DNA of 64,000 nucleotides from Candidatus Thermofontivivens primus (GCA_031458695.1 JAVKJW010000006.1:9530-73529), one strand, 5' to 3'. Numbered from the stretch's first letter, positions 41,592 to 51,878 are shown. Numbers and translations: made by a program. Notes: generated by a model not told the origin, from the sequence alone.

Positions 41592-41649
41592 CTTTGCTCC
41601 ACTCGGTGCAGTGTGGAAAGGGCTTTGGGCAACGAGCGTCGCCCTGCAA

Positions 41650-41678
41650 ATCTTAGTATGTTCCCCCCTCCTTGTCAA
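41650..41678 (-). promoter_or_regulatory. Sigma70-type promoter of the nuo operon
   Basis: TTGACA-17 bp-TAAGAT. The -35 box overlaps the yvcK stop codon. Confidence 0.75.
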
Positions 41679-42988
41679 GGAGCAGGTGCTCCGGTCCCGA
41701 GGGATTTCCTATCCCCGACGGCAGGAGCCTTCACCTGCCGGTAAAGACGTATTGCCGCCCTGGCGAGCTTCCGGGGATCGTGGCGTAGCAGGACCTCCTC
41801 GCTGATCAGGTCCTCCACGACGGGAATAAACCCCATCCTCCGGATCTTCTCAACGTCCGCGGCCACCGGGGTTGCGCCCTCTTGCTGGTATCGTCGGAGC
41901 AGCATCTGGCTCTGAGGGGAACGCCCGTTCACCAGAACGTGCGTGAACAGGCCATCACCTGCGGCGTCAAGGATCGCCTGAACATGATCGGAGGCCGTAA
42001 ACCCATCGGTCTCCCCTGGCTGGGTCATTACGTTGCAGACGTAGACCTTTACCCCAGGCGCAGAGCGGATGGCATCCGCCATGCCTTGGACGAGAAGGTT
42101 GGGAATCACGCTGGTGTACAGGCTTCCCGGGCCCAAAAGGAGGAGATCCGCTTCGAAGATCGCTTCCAAGACCTCCGGAAGGGGAGAGGCGTGAGGGGGC
42201 TCGAGGAAGACTCGACGGATCCGCTTCCGAACTTTTGGAATGTTCGACTCCCCCACCACCAAAGTCCCGTCCTCGAATTCCGCGCATAGGAGAACGTCCT
42301 GGGTGGTCGCAGGAAGGACTCGCCCGCGGATATTCAGAACCTTGCTACACTCTTGGATCGCTGTTTCCAGGTCGCCGGTGATCCCCACCATGGTTGCGAT
42401 GAACAGGTTGCCGAAGGCGTGCCCATTGAGAGCGCCGCCAGGGAAACGGTATTCGAACAGTTTAGTCATGAGCGGCTCTACCTCAGCCAGGGCGACCAGG
42501 CAATCCCGGAGATCCCCGGGAGGCAGAATATTCAGCTCGCGGCGGAGGCGACCTGAACTCCCGCCATCGTCAAAGACGGTCACCACGGCGGTGATGTTGG
42601 CTGTGTACTGCTTCAACCCACGGAGCAGGGTGGAAAGCCCCGTCCCTCCCCCAAAGGCGACTATCTTTGGACCCCGGTGCAACTGGCGCTCCTTGGAGAG
42701 GATTTCCACGAGGTGAGGATCGCCACGAGGAAGAAGGGCACCTGCAATTGCCTTCACCACCCCTCGCACACCGAATGCAACGAGCCCAGCGCCCGCCAGG
42801 ATCCATAGGAATCCAGCGAAGACAACGAAGGCATCCTCACGGAAGAGGAGGAGCCGCGCCAACGGGCCGCCCGCGAGGAGAGCGATCCCTACCCCTATGC
42901 CAATGGTTCCAGCGCACAGGAGGAAAATCCACCGTTTCACCCCCAGCCCAGGGAGGAGCCACTTTACCCAGCTCCGTATCCGCATCAT
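41675..42988 (-). CDS. yvcK: Gluconeogenesis factor YvcK/GlmR family with N-terminal TM segments
   Basis: LPGLGVKRW, GGGTGLSTLLRGLK, DDGGSSGRLR, GPGSLYTS, NVMTQPGETD, RHDPRKLA. ATGA overlap with rapZ. Confidence 0.92.
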   Translation of the reverse strand: MMRIRSWVKWLLPGLGVKRWIFLLCAGTIGIGVGIALLAGGPLARLLLFREDAFVVFAGFLWILAGAGLVAFGVRGVVKAIAGALLPRGDPHLVEILSKERQLHRGPKIVAFGGGTGLSTLLRGLKQYTANITAVVTVFDDGGSSGRLRRELNILPPGDLRDCLVALAEVEPLMTKLFEYRFPGGALNGHAFGNLFIATMVGITGDLETAIQECSKVLNIRGRVLPATTQDVLLCAEFEDGTLVVGESNIPKVRKRIRRVFLEPPHASPLPEVLEAIFEADLLLLGPGSLYTSVIPNLLVQGMADAIRSAPGVKVYVCNVMTQPGETDGFTASDHVQAILDAAGDGLFTHVLVNGRSPQSQMLLRRYQQEGATPVAADVEKIRRMGFIPVVEDLISEEVLLRHDPRKLARAAIRLYRQVKAPAVGDRKSLGTGAPAP

Positions 42989-43857
42989 GAGGACTCCTTT
43001 TTCATATCCCGGTGCTTGACCCGCACCTGATGCCCCCGCTCGCGGAGGAATTTGGCCAGCTCCTCCCCCAACACGACGGAGCGGTGTCGGCCTCCTGTGC
43101 ACCCGAGCGCGATGGTGAGGTGAGACTTCCCTTCCCGCGCGAACTGGGGGAGGAGGAACATAAGCATCTCGTGGAGACGCTGGAGGAATTCCTGCGTCGC
43201 CTCCTGGGAGAGAACGAACTCCCTGACCTCCGGGCTCGTCCCAGGGAGCGGCCGCAACGCCTCCTGGTACTGGGGGTTGGGAAGGAATCGCACGTCCAGG
43301 ACAAGGTCTGCATCCAGCGGGATCCCGAATTTGTACCCAAAGGTCACGATGCTGATCGCTGGCCCTCTCTCGCGGTCAGCACGCACAAAGGTCTGGATGA
43401 TCTCCTCCCGGAGGTCGTGGACGCTCATGGTGGAGGTGTCGATGATCTTGGCTGCTTGCTCTTTCAGCCGCTGGAGGCGTTTGCGCTCGAGCTGGATCCC
43501 CTCGAGGACGCTCCCCGCAGTCGCAAGAGGATGCTTCCGACGTGTCTCCTTGAAGCGGCGCACCAGAACATCATCAGAAGCCTCTAGAAACAGGATCTCG
43601 TAGGGGAACCCCTTTTCTTCTAAGTATGCCAGGGCGTCGAAGAGATCCTCGAAGAACTCCCCACCCCGGATATCCATCACAAGGGCAACCCGGCGCAATC
43701 GTCCTTCAGACTGGGAGATAAGCTCCGCGAACTTGGGCAGAAGGGCAGGAGGAAGGTTGTCCACACAGAAATAGCCCAGGTCCTCAAAAACCCTCATTGC
43801 ATGGGACTTTCCTGCCCCTGAGAGGCCTGTGATAATGACAAAGGAAATCTCTGACAC
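42985..43857 (-). CDS. rapZ: RNase adapter RapZ (YvcJ)
   Basis: ITGLSGAGKS, FCVDNLP, ETRRKHPL, DVRFLPNP, GCTGGRHRSV. GTG start at 43857. Confidence 0.95.
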   Translation of the reverse strand: MSEISFVIITGLSGAGKSHAMRVFEDLGYFCVDNLPPALLPKFAELISQSEGRLRRVALVMDIRGGEFFEDLFDALAYLEEKGFPYEILFLEASDDVLVRRFKETRRKHPLATAGSVLEGIQLERKRLQRLKEQAAKIIDTSTMSVHDLREEIIQTFVRADRERGPAISIVTFGYKFGIPLDADLVLDVRFLPNPQYQEALRPLPGTSPEVREFVLSQEATQEFLQRLHEMLMFLLPQFAREGKSHLTIALGCTGGRHRSVVLGEELAKFLRERGHQVRVKHRDMKKESS

Positions 43858-44041
43858 AATACTCCCCGTCTCTCCCAGATGCTTGGTCCCTTCCCTCCCA
43901 ATTCGACAGGAAGGGTGCTCCCCCTTTTCCAAAGAAGACCCTTCCCTGTCCATAGGAGGCCGATAGAGGGTCCCATCCGTCAAAGGCCCCATAGCTTGGA
44001 GCGAAAACCTCTGAGATCCATTCGGAAGAGGGAGGAGCCCA

Positions 44042-44072
44042 CCAGCAAAAGTCGAAAACTTTCCCGGGGTAC
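44042..44072. repeat. Degenerate palindromic repeat copy upstream of the M20 peptidase
   Basis: CCAGCAAAAGTCGAAAACTTTCCCGGGGTAC resembles the 41200-41234 copy. Confidence 0.6.
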
Positions 44073-44079
44073 GGAAACC

Positions 44080-45453
44080 ATGGACGTGATCGATACCTAT
44101 GTGGAGAACCAGCAACAGCGTTTCCTCGAGGATTTGATCGCCTGGCTGAGAATCCCAAGCATCAGCACGCTCCCTTCCCACCGCCCTCATATAGAGGAGG
44201 CCGCCCGTTGGTTACGGGACCACCTTCATGCCCTGGGGTTCCAAGCAGAGATCATCCCAACCGAGGGGCATCCCTTGGTGTACGCCGAGCACGGGAAGGA
44301 TCAGGGGAAGCCGACGGTCTTGATGTACGGTCACTATGACGTCCAGCCTCCGGATCCCCTCGAGAAATGGCGAACTCCCCCCTTCGAACCGGTGATCGAG
44401 GAGGGCTATGTGTACGCCCGCGGAGCTTCGGACGATAAGGGGCAAGCGCTTATCCCCATCCATGCGACAGAAACCTTACTCCGCACCTCCGGGGCCCTCC
44501 CCGTCCATGTCAAGGTCCTTGTCGAAGGGGAGGAAGAGATTGGAAGTCCCAACATCGGATCCTCCCTGAGGGCACACCGGGAGATGCTGAAAGCCGATGT
44601 AGCCTTGGTCTGCGACACCGCCATGTTCGCCAAGGATCTCCCAACCCTTGTCACTGGTTTACGGGGCCTCCTGTACACAGAGGTGGAGGTAGAGGGTGCC
44701 TCCCGGGACTTACATTCGGGGCAGTATGGGGGAGCCGCCCCCAACCCACTGAACGCGCTTGCCAAGATCCTCTCAGGCCTCGTCAACCGGAAGGGACGCG
44801 TCACGATCCCTGGATTCTACACCCGGGTGAAACCGCCAGCCCCAGAGGAACGCCGCATGTGGGCCTCCCTTCCCTTTCGCGAGGACGCATATCTCCAGGA
44901 ACTCGGAGTGGATGCGGCGCCAGGGGAGGAAGGGTTTACTGTGCTGGAGCGCCGTTGGGTGCGCCCCACGCTAGACGTCCACGGGATTTCAGGAGGGTTC
45001 ACAGGAGAAGGGATCAAAACCGTGATCCCAGCCCGTGCGACGGCGAAGATCAGCATGCGCCTCGTCCCAGACCAGGACCCAGAGGAGATCGCCAGGAGGT
45101 TCGCCCGGAAGGTCCACCGGCTTGCGCCGCCGGGTGTCCGCGTCCAGGTGAGGGTGCTGGCTTCTGGACGGCCCGTCGTCGTGGATCCTGCGCACCCTGC
45201 TCTGCGCGCTGCCGCCCGCGCCCTAGAGGAAACCTTCAGACGCCCCCCTGTGTTGATCCGGGAAGGAGGAAGCATCCCCGTGGTCTCCCACTTCCAGGAG
45301 ATCCTCGGGATCCCTTCGGTCCTCATGGGGTTCGGGCTTCCCGACGATAACTTGCACGCGCCCAACGAGCGTTTTTCCCTTGCCAACTTCTACAGCGGAA
45401 TCCGCGCTGTGGCGCGATTCCTTCTTCACCTCGCAGAGGTCCTCCCTCGTTAG
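44080..45453 (+). CDS. M20 family metallopeptidase/dipeptidase
   Basis: YGHYDVQP, ARGASDDKGQ, EGEEEIGS, DLHSG, GGSIP, HAPNE. Confidence 0.93.
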   Translation: MDVIDTYVENQQQRFLEDLIAWLRIPSISTLPSHRPHIEEAARWLRDHLHALGFQAEIIPTEGHPLVYAEHGKDQGKPTVLMYGHYDVQPPDPLEKWRTPPFEPVIEEGYVYARGASDDKGQALIPIHATETLLRTSGALPVHVKVLVEGEEEIGSPNIGSSLRAHREMLKADVALVCDTAMFAKDLPTLVTGLRGLLYTEVEVEGASRDLHSGQYGGAAPNPLNALAKILSGLVNRKGRVTIPGFYTRVKPPAPEERRMWASLPFREDAYLQELGVDAAPGEEGFTVLERRWVRPTLDVHGISGGFTGEGIKTVIPARATAKISMRLVPDQDPEEIARRFARKVHRLAPPGVRVQVRVLASGRPVVVDPAHPALRAAARALEETFRRPPVLIREGGSIPVVSHFQEILGIPSVLMGFGLPDDNLHAPNERFSLANFYSGIRAVARFLLHLAEVLPR

Positions 45454-45460
45454 AACGACA

Positions 45461-46633
45461 ATGGCCACTGTCTTTCTGCGCCGTGGGAAGGAGAAACGCC
45501 TGCTCAGTGGTCACCTTTGGGTCTACGAAGGGGAGATCGAGCAGATTCAGGGGGAGGTGGGCGAGGGGGAGGTCGTGGACGTGCGGACTGCGGCAGGGAA
45601 GTTCGTGGGACGTGGGACCTACACTTCCCGGTCCAAGATCGCTGTCCGCTTGCTCACCCACCGCCAGGAGGAGATCGATGAAGAGTTTTTCCGCAGGCGC
45701 CTCGCCGACGCCGTTGCCTATCGGAGGCAGCTCTCCATCGACGCAACAGGGTATCGCCTCGTCTACAGTGAAGGGGATTTCCTCCCAGGTCTGATTGTGG
45801 ATCGCTACGGGGAGGTCCTGGTTCTCCAAACGACGACCGTCGGGATGGAAGTCCGAAAACCTCTCATCGTCCAACTCCTCGATGATCTCCTCAACCCCCG
45901 CTACATCTACGAGCGGAACGACTTGAATGTCCGCAAGCTCGAAGGACTCCCCTCTGTGAAAGGGTTTCTCCGGGGGGAGGGAGAGACCCTCGTAGAGATC
46001 GAGGAGTCCGGGGTGCGCTTCTTGGTAGACATCGAAGGTGGACAAAAAACCGGGTTCTTCCTGGACCAGCGAGAGAACCGCCGAGCGATCGCGGAGTACG
46101 TAGGAGGTGCAGAGGTCTTGGATGTCTTCTGCTACACCGGCGGGTTTGCCATCCATGCCGCCTGCGCAGGGGCAAAGAGCGTTTGGGGAATCGAGAACTC
46201 CGAGACGGCCGTTACGATGGCCAGGCAGAATGCCGCGTTGAACGGCGTCCTCGACCGATGCACCTTCCTCGTGGGGAACGCTTTCGATCACCTCCGGCGC
46301 CTGAGCCAGGAGGGAAAGCAGTTCGACGTCGTCATCCTGGATCCGCCCGCGTTCGTGAAAACGAAGAGCGCACTGGCGGGTGGTCTTGCCGGGTACAAGG
46401 AGATCAACCTCAGGGCTCTGAAGCTCCTCCGCCCCGGGGGGATCTTGGTCTCGTGCTCGTGTTCCTTTCATGTCGACGAGGCCCTCCTCCTCGCCGTGGT
46501 CGCCGACGCCGCCCGGGACACTCGGAGGACCTTGCGTCTTATTGAGAGCCGGGGCCAGGCACGAGATCACCCTGTGCTGCCAAGCATGCCAGAAACGCGC
46601 TACCTGAAGTGTTTGATCTTCCAGGTCTCGTGA
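45461..46633 (+). CDS. rlmI: PUA-domain class I SAM-dependent rRNA methyltransferase (RlmI-like)
   Basis: GHLWVY, SEGDFLPGLIVD, GQKTGFFLDQRENR, VLDVFCYTGGF, LDPPAF, SCSCS, ETRYLK. Confidence 0.88.
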   Translation: MATVFLRRGKEKRLLSGHLWVYEGEIEQIQGEVGEGEVVDVRTAAGKFVGRGTYTSRSKIAVRLLTHRQEEIDEEFFRRRLADAVAYRRQLSIDATGYRLVYSEGDFLPGLIVDRYGEVLVLQTTTVGMEVRKPLIVQLLDDLLNPRYIYERNDLNVRKLEGLPSVKGFLRGEGETLVEIEESGVRFLVDIEGGQKTGFFLDQRENRRAIAEYVGGAEVLDVFCYTGGFAIHAACAGAKSVWGIENSETAVTMARQNAALNGVLDRCTFLVGNAFDHLRRLSQEGKQFDVVILDPPAFVKTKSALAGGLAGYKEINLRALKLLRPGGILVSCSCSFHVDEALLLAVVADAARDTRRTLRLIESRGQARDHPVLPSMPETRYLKCLIFQVS

Positions 46634-46682
46634 GTATCCCCCTTGTGGAAGAAGATAAGACCTAAGGCAGAGCATACCTCTC

Positions 46683-46710
46683 TTGCACATCAAAGAGGGG
46701 GAGATATACT
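46683..46710 (+). promoter_or_regulatory. Possible sigma70-type promoter for the AAA-R3H gene
   Basis: TTGCAC-16 bp-TATACT. Confidence 0.45.
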
Positions 46711-46753
46711 GATGGGGGATTCCACCATCGAAGCAAAGGGGAAGTAGGAAGGT

Positions 46754-48259
46754 ATGGTAGGAAGGCAGATCCGCATCACCGATGACTTGGACCTTCTCCT
46801 CGCGGTCCTTCCGCCTAAAGTGAAAGAACCGCTGTTGCGGCAGGAGGGGCTTGAGGAGCTCATCGAGGTCGTCATGGACCTGGGCCGCCAGCCGGAGGCA
46901 CGATTCCCTGGCCGGACCGTCGATCTGAGCGAGGAGCCGGTCACGCGCGAGGATATCGCCTATGTGGTCGAGCGAGTAGGAGAGTTCGGGAAGGACAATC
47001 GCGCCGGCATCGCTCGGACCCTCCATCGTATCTCAGCCATCCGTAACCGCCAGGGGGAGATCATCGGCCTCACGTGCCGGGTGGGTCGGGCTGTTTTCGG
47101 CACCGTGGACATCATCCGCGACGTTATTGAGTCAGGAAAGTCCATCCTGCTGCTCGGCCGGCCGGGAGTTGGGAAAACCACCCTTATCCGGGAGGCAGCC
47201 AGGGTGCTGGCGAGCGAGCTAGGCAAACGCGTGGTCATCGTGGACACCTCCAACGAGATTGCCGGCGACGGTGATATCCCCCACCCCGGGATTGGGAGGG
47301 CACGTCGCATGCAGGTCCCTCACCCTGGACTACAGCACGCGGTCATGATCGAAGCCGTGGAGAACCACATGCCTGAGGTCATCGTGATCGATGAGATCGG
47401 GACCGAAGCCGAGGCCAGGGCGGCGAGGACCATCGCCGAACGCGGGGTCCAGCTTATTGCCAGCGCCCACGGGAATACCCTGGAGAACCTCCTCCAAAAT
47501 CCTACCCTCTGTGATCTCATCGGAGGGATCCAGGCGGTTACCTTGAGCGATGAGGAAGCACGACGGCGCGGGACGCAGAAAACCGTCCTGGAGCGCAAGG
47601 CGCCCCCCACCTTCGACGTTGTGGTGGAGATTCACGATAAGGACCGCCTTGCGGTGCACCACGATATCGCGACGGTGGTGGACCGGTACTTGCGCGGGAT
47701 CCCTCCCAAGCCGGAAGTGAGGGTCCGCCAGCCCTCTGGGGAGATCGAGGTCCAGCGGCAGCCCCTCGTGGAGGAGGGAGCAGAAGCGGCCCCCAGGCCC
47801 AAAAGGGTCCTGCGCATCTACCCGTACGCCGTGAGCCGGAACCGCCTTGAGCGAGCGATCCGGGAGCTGAGAGTTCCTGCCTATGTAACGGAGAACCTCG
47901 CGGAGGCCGACCTGGTCCTTACGTTGAAGTCGCAAGAGAAGCGGGCACCTAAGAAGCTCAGGGAAGCACAGATGCGGGGCGTGGAAATCCGTACCATCAA
48001 GAGCAACACAGTGACTCAGATTCAGCAGTTCTTGCGCTCTTCGTTCCAGATTGAGGATTACCTCGATGAGGAGGAAGCAGCCCTCCGGGAAGTGGAGGAT
48101 GCCATTGCGGAGGTTTTGACCACTTCCCAACCTGTGGAGCTCTCCCCCCAGCGGTCATACATCCGACGCCTCCAGCACCAGATCGTCCAGCACTACGGCC
48201 TCACCTCTGAGAGCAAAGGGGAGGAACCATTCCGACGCGTGGTGATTTACCCCAGGTAA
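46754..48259 (+). CDS. Ycf45/SpoIIIAA-like AAA ATPase with C-terminal R3H domain
   Basis: [33 protein letters not shown]-terminal RRLQH...RRVVIYP. Confidence 0.9.
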   Translation: MVGRQIRITDDLDLLLAVLPPKVKEPLLRQEGLEELIEVVMDLGRQPEARFPGRTVDLSEEPVTREDIAYVVERVGEFGKDNRAGIARTLHRISAIRNRQGEIIGLTCRVGRAVFGTVDIIRDVIESGKSILLLGRPGVGKTTLIREAARVLASELGKRVVIVDTSNEIAGDGDIPHPGIGRARRMQVPHPGLQHAVMIEAVENHMPEVIVIDEIGTEAEARAARTIAERGVQLIASAHGNTLENLLQNPTLCDLIGGIQAVTLSDEEARRRGTQKTVLERKAPPTFDVVVEIHDKDRLAVHHDIATVVDRYLRGIPPKPEVRVRQPSGEIEVQRQPLVEEGAEAAPRPKRVLRIYPYAVSRNRLERAIRELRVPAYVTENLAEADLVLTLKSQEKRAPKKLREAQMRGVEIRTIKSNTVTQIQQFLRSSFQIEDYLDEEEAALREVEDAIAEVLTTSQPVELSPQRSYIRRLQHQIVQHYGLTSESKGEEPFRRVVIYPR

Positions 48260-48322
48260 ATCTGGTTCCTCGAGAGGATAGGTGTATTGAGTTGGCCGCG
48301 TAATCGAGAAGCCATTGGAAGG

Positions 48323-48358
48323 AACCCAAGGGGAAGTCAAAGGCCTTTTTCAGGATAC
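48323..48358. repeat. Highly degenerate palindromic repeat copy upstream of tmk
   Basis: ACCCAAGGGGAAGTCAAAGGCCTTTTTCAGGATAC shares AAGTCAAA.G.CTTTT and a GG(A)TAC end with 41200-41234. Confidence 0.4.
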
Positions 48359-48377
48359 ATCGATCCCTAGAAACGTG

Positions 48378-49043
48378 ATGGACCCAAGAGGACTCTTCTT
48401 GACGATTGAAGGCCCCGACGGGGCTGGGAAGACCACGCAGGCACGCATGCTCGTGGAGCGCTTGAGGCCCCGGATTCCCATCCTGTACACCCGCGAACCT
48501 GGGGGAACGGCGATTGGGGAACGCATCCGGGAGATCCTCCTCTCCCCTGCACACCCGGAGATGAACCCCCTCACGGAGATGCTTCTGTTCGCCGCATCCC
48601 GGGCACAGTTTGTCGCGGAGGTGATCCTCCCTGCGCTGCGCTCGGGACGCGTTGTGCTCTCCGAACGCTTCGTGGACGCCTCCATCGCCTATCAGGGATT
48701 TGGCCGGGGGATCGACCTCGAGGTGGTCCGCCGGGTCAACGAGATCGCTACAGGAGGCTTGCGACCAGACCTGACGATCCTTGTAGACATCGATCCCGAA
48801 GTAGGACTCCGGCGGATCCAGAGAGGAACGGGAGGAAAGAAACCAGGAGATCGGTTGGAACAGGAAGATCTTGCCTTCCACCGAAGGGTACGGGAGGGGT
48901 TTCTGGCCATTGCCCGAGAAGAACCTGGCCGTGTCGTCGTTGTACAAGGAGACCGGCCCATCCCAGAAGTCCACAGGGAGATCACTCTTCTCGTGGAGAA
49001 GTTTCTTGCCGAGCGGGGGTGGCAGGGATCGAACCCTCTCTGA
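48378..49043 (+). CDS. tmk: Thymidylate kinase
   Basis: IEGPDGAGKTTQ, TREPGG, LLFAASRAQ, RFVDASIAYQG, DRLEQE. Confidence 0.97.
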   Translation: MDPRGLFLTIEGPDGAGKTTQARMLVERLRPRIPILYTREPGGTAIGERIREILLSPAHPEMNPLTEMLLFAASRAQFVAEVILPALRSGRVVLSERFVDASIAYQGFGRGIDLEVVRRVNEIATGGLRPDLTILVDIDPEVGLRRIQRGTGGKKPGDRLEQEDLAFHRRVREGFLAIAREEPGRVVVVQGDRPIPEVHREITLLVEKFLAERGWQGSNPL

Positions 49044-49060
49044 CTGAAAAAAGGAGGGAA

Positions 49061-49393
49061 ATGATGAAGCTCATCCTTGCCATCGTCCAAGACAAGGACG
49101 CTGGCAGGTTGCTCGATGCCCTGGTAGAGGCCAACTACCAGGCGACAATGCTTGCCAGCACCGGAGGGTTCTTGCGCGAGGGGAACGCAACGATCCTCAT
49201 CGGAGTAGAGGACCAACAGGTGGAGGAGGTCTTGGGGATCATCCAGGAGCGATGCCGGACGCGGGAACAGCTGGTCTCTCCGATCCCTCCTGTGGTAGAA
49301 CCTGTTGACTCTCATATCTCCTATCCGGTAAAGGTCCAAGTAGGGGGCGCCATTGTCTTCGTCCTGAACGTGGACCGGATGATCCGGGTATGA
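49061..49393 (+). CDS. darA: PII-like cyclic-di-AMP receptor DarA/PstA
   Basis: MKLILAIVQDKDA, TMLASTGGFLREGNAT, VQVGGAIVFV, and tmk-darA-holB synteny. Confidence 0.92.
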   Translation: MMKLILAIVQDKDAGRLLDALVEANYQATMLASTGGFLREGNATILIGVEDQQVEEVLGIIQERCRTREQLVSPIPPVVEPVDSHISYPVKVQVGGAIVFVLNVDRMIRV

Positions 49394-49428
49394 AGGATAC
49401 ACCTGCATCACGGGAGGGCGAGAGGATT

Positions 49429-50433
49429 ATGGCGTTTCGGGAGATCGTCGACCAGGACCACGCAATCCTCCTTCTGCGAGAGGCCCTGCGCTTAGGACGT
49501 ATCAGCCACGCGTATCTGTTTGTGGGCCCCGAAGGCGTGGGGAAGAAAGCGGTAGCCATCAGCTTCGCCCAAGCCCTCAACTGCCTGAACGCAGACGGGT
49601 TTGACGCCTGCGGGAGTTGTCCTTCTTGCAAGAAGATCGCCGGGGGATCTCACCCAGACGTCCGTGTGACCGCCCCACAGGGAGAGTCGCTCAAGATCGA
49701 CCAGATTCGTGCGTTGCGCCAGGAGGCCATGTATCCTCCCTTTGAGGGACGGTGGAAGGTCTATATCCTCGAGGACGCGGAGAAAATGACCGCAGAGGCA
49801 GCCAATAGCCTTCTTAAAGTGTTGGAGGAGCCGCCGGAACGCGTTGTGTGGATCCTGCTTGCCACCTCCACGGTTTCCCTCCTTCCGACGATTGTCTCCC
49901 GATGCCAGATGGTGCGATTCACCCTCCTCCCAACTGCACTGATCAAAAGAGCGCTTGTTGAGCGATTCAACCTTCCTGAAGCACAGGCCCGCTTCCTCGC
50001 AGCCTTGGCTGCCGGACGGATCGGACAGGCGATCACCTGGGCATTGACCAAGGAGGCACTCGCGGAGAGGGAAACGATGCTGGACTTCCTCTCAAGGGTG
50101 GAATCCATGGATGCACTGGAGAGGCTCCTCGCAGCGGAGGAGCTGGGGAAGCAGAAGGAGAAGCTCTCCGATCTCTTGGACATTGCTTACCTCTGGTACC
50201 GGGACCTCCTTGTCTGGTCCCAGGCCAGGGACGAGGACCTCCTGTTCAACCTGGACAAGAAAGAAACCATTGCTAAGATCGCGCCTTCCTTTTCCCCACG
50301 CGAGCTCCAGCGGCGTATCGTCCTCATCGAAGAAGCAAAGGAGGCGCTGCGGAGGAATGCCAACCCGCGCCTCGTGCTCGAGACCCTCTTGCTTCGTATG
50401 ATGTCTCCCGAAGAGGCGATCCGGCCGGGTTAG
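49429..50433 (+). CDS. holB: DNA polymerase III subunit delta' (alternative start 49390)
   Basis: HAYLFVGPEGVGK, Zn motif CGSCPSC, HPD, AANSLLKVLEEPP, PTIVSRC. Confidence 0.95.
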   Translation: MAFREIVDQDHAILLLREALRLGRISHAYLFVGPEGVGKKAVAISFAQALNCLNADGFDACGSCPSCKKIAGGSHPDVRVTAPQGESLKIDQIRALRQEAMYPPFEGRWKVYILEDAEKMTAEAANSLLKVLEEPPERVVWILLATSTVSLLPTIVSRCQMVRFTLLPTALIKRALVERFNLPEAQARFLAALAAGRIGQAITWALTKEALAERETMLDFLSRVESMDALERLLAAEELGKQKEKLSDLLDIAYLWYRDLLVWSQARDEDLLFNLDKKETIAKIAPSFSPRELQRRIVLIEEAKEALRRNANPRLVLETLLLRMMSPEEAIRPG

Positions 50434-50516
50434 GCGTAGGTCCACACTTCTCGGTCCCCCAGCGCAAGCTCCTCCTCTCCACTTTCCTGCCGAAAAGGTG
50501 CTGGCGTCGTGTTGGC

Positions 50517-50753
50517 TCAGGTACCGAAGAGGCGGGCGATGAGGAGCAGGGCGATGAGGAGAGCGATGCTAGCCCCCAGGTAGAGCCCCCATGGTCGCCT
50601 CGTCCGTCTCTCAGAGATCCCGGAGAGGCACCGTTCACAGAAATTCCCCTGGCTCAACCGTACGACGCAGTCCTTGCATAGCGCTCTCCCGCAGCGCGCG
50701 CAGTACGTGATGGCGAGAGCATCAGGATGGTAGGCACAGTGCATATCGCTCAC
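50517..50753 (-). CDS. Small B-box-type zinc-finger protein with C-terminal TM helix
   Basis: CAYHP...CARCGRALCKDC...FCERC followed by a hydrophobic tail. GTGA overlap with the nfo stop. Confidence 0.75.
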   Translation of the reverse strand: MSDMHCAYHPDALAITYCARCGRALCKDCVVRLSQGNFCERCLSGISERRTRRPWGLYLGASIALLIALLLIARLFGT

Positions 50754-51709
50754 AATCCCTTCGGGCTTGTGCGGTGAGAATCCCTCGGCCAGAGGGCTTC
50801 ATGCGTCCCCTTGGAACAAAGGGGAGAGGCCAAGCCTCGAGCCCTCCGGCCGCCTTCTCTCCCCAAAGATCCCTCCCGCAACTGTTTCAGGATCGATAGG
50901 TTCTTCCGGTCGGGCCCTGTCTGGTTGAACCCGGGAGTCTCGATGATCCCCGCGATCCCCTCGAGCTTGGGGTGGCGAACAATTGCCAGGAATCCCATAA
51001 GGCCGATCTCTCCTTCCCCAATGTTCTCATGCCGGTCCCTGTGGGAGCCGAGGGGAGCGCGAGAGTCGTTTAAATGAAAGAGCTTCAACCGGTCGAGCCC
51101 GACGGTCTCATCGAATGCTTCCAGCATTGCCTCTACGCCCTTCGGCGTGGAGAGATCCCACCCCGCGGCGAAGAGGTGGGCGGAGTCAAGACAGATCCCT
51201 ACCCGCGGGTGCCACCCAAGACCTTCGAAGATCTCCCTCAGCTCTTCAAACGTCGCACCGAGGTGATCGCCCGAACCTGCACTGTTCTCTAAAAGGAGCA
51301 AAGTGGTAGAGGTCGCCTCGAGGATTTGGCGGATAGCCCGGAGGACACGTCCCTTCGCTTCTGGCCAGGAAGCTCCCTTCCGGCTCCCAATATGTGTGAC
51401 AACCCCCAGGCCTCCTAGGCGTTCCATTGTCTGCATGCAAAAGATCGTCGCGGCAATGGAGTTGCGAGAATAGGAGGGATGTGGGGAGGCTAGATTGACA
51501 AGATAGGGGGTGTGGGCGACAAGGGGGTCCAACCCTGCCTCCTCACGCAGGCGGCGGAAGGCCTCAAGGTCCTCCTCAGGATAGGGGACGAGCCGCCATT
51601 GCCGTGGGTTTCCCACAAAGATCTGGAGGCACTCGCATCCGATCTTGACGGCCCGCTCCACGGCCTTGTAAATCTTCCCGCCGACGGAGACGTGCGCTCC
51701 TAATCGCAT
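50750..51709 (-). CDS. nfo: Endonuclease IV (AP endonuclease)
   Basis: LGAHVS, HTPYLVNLAS, LLLENSAG, CLDSAH, HLNDS, DRHENIGEG, ETP. Confidence 0.95.
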   Translation of the reverse strand: MRLGAHVSVGGKIYKAVERAVKIGCECLQIFVGNPRQWRLVPYPEEDLEAFRRLREEAGLDPLVAHTPYLVNLASPHPSYSRNSIAATIFCMQTMERLGGLGVVTHIGSRKGASWPEAKGRVLRAIRQILEATSTTLLLLENSAGSGDHLGATFEELREIFEGLGWHPRVGICLDSAHLFAAGWDLSTPKGVEAMLEAFDETVGLDRLKLFHLNDSRAPLGSHRDRHENIGEGEIGLMGFLAIVRHPKLEGIAGIIETPGFNQTGPDRKNLSILKQLREGSLGREGGRRARGLASPLCSKGTHEALWPRDSHRTSPKGL

Positions 51710-51878
51710 GGGAAGGGACCTCCCGTCCCAGGTACAGGACCTTCTTTCCGTGATCCTGTGGCCTTGTTTGAGACCTACGCAGGTTCCTTGCAAGCCCGGC
51801 AAGAGACTCCTTGCCCTTCCTAGGGCTCCTTTCTACCGAGGCCTCCAGCAGGTGGATGGGAATTCCCCCAAGGGAACA

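Noticed and set aside
45323..47026. 567-aa minus-strand ORF
   Set aside because: Antisense to the rlmI-like and AAA-R3H genes.
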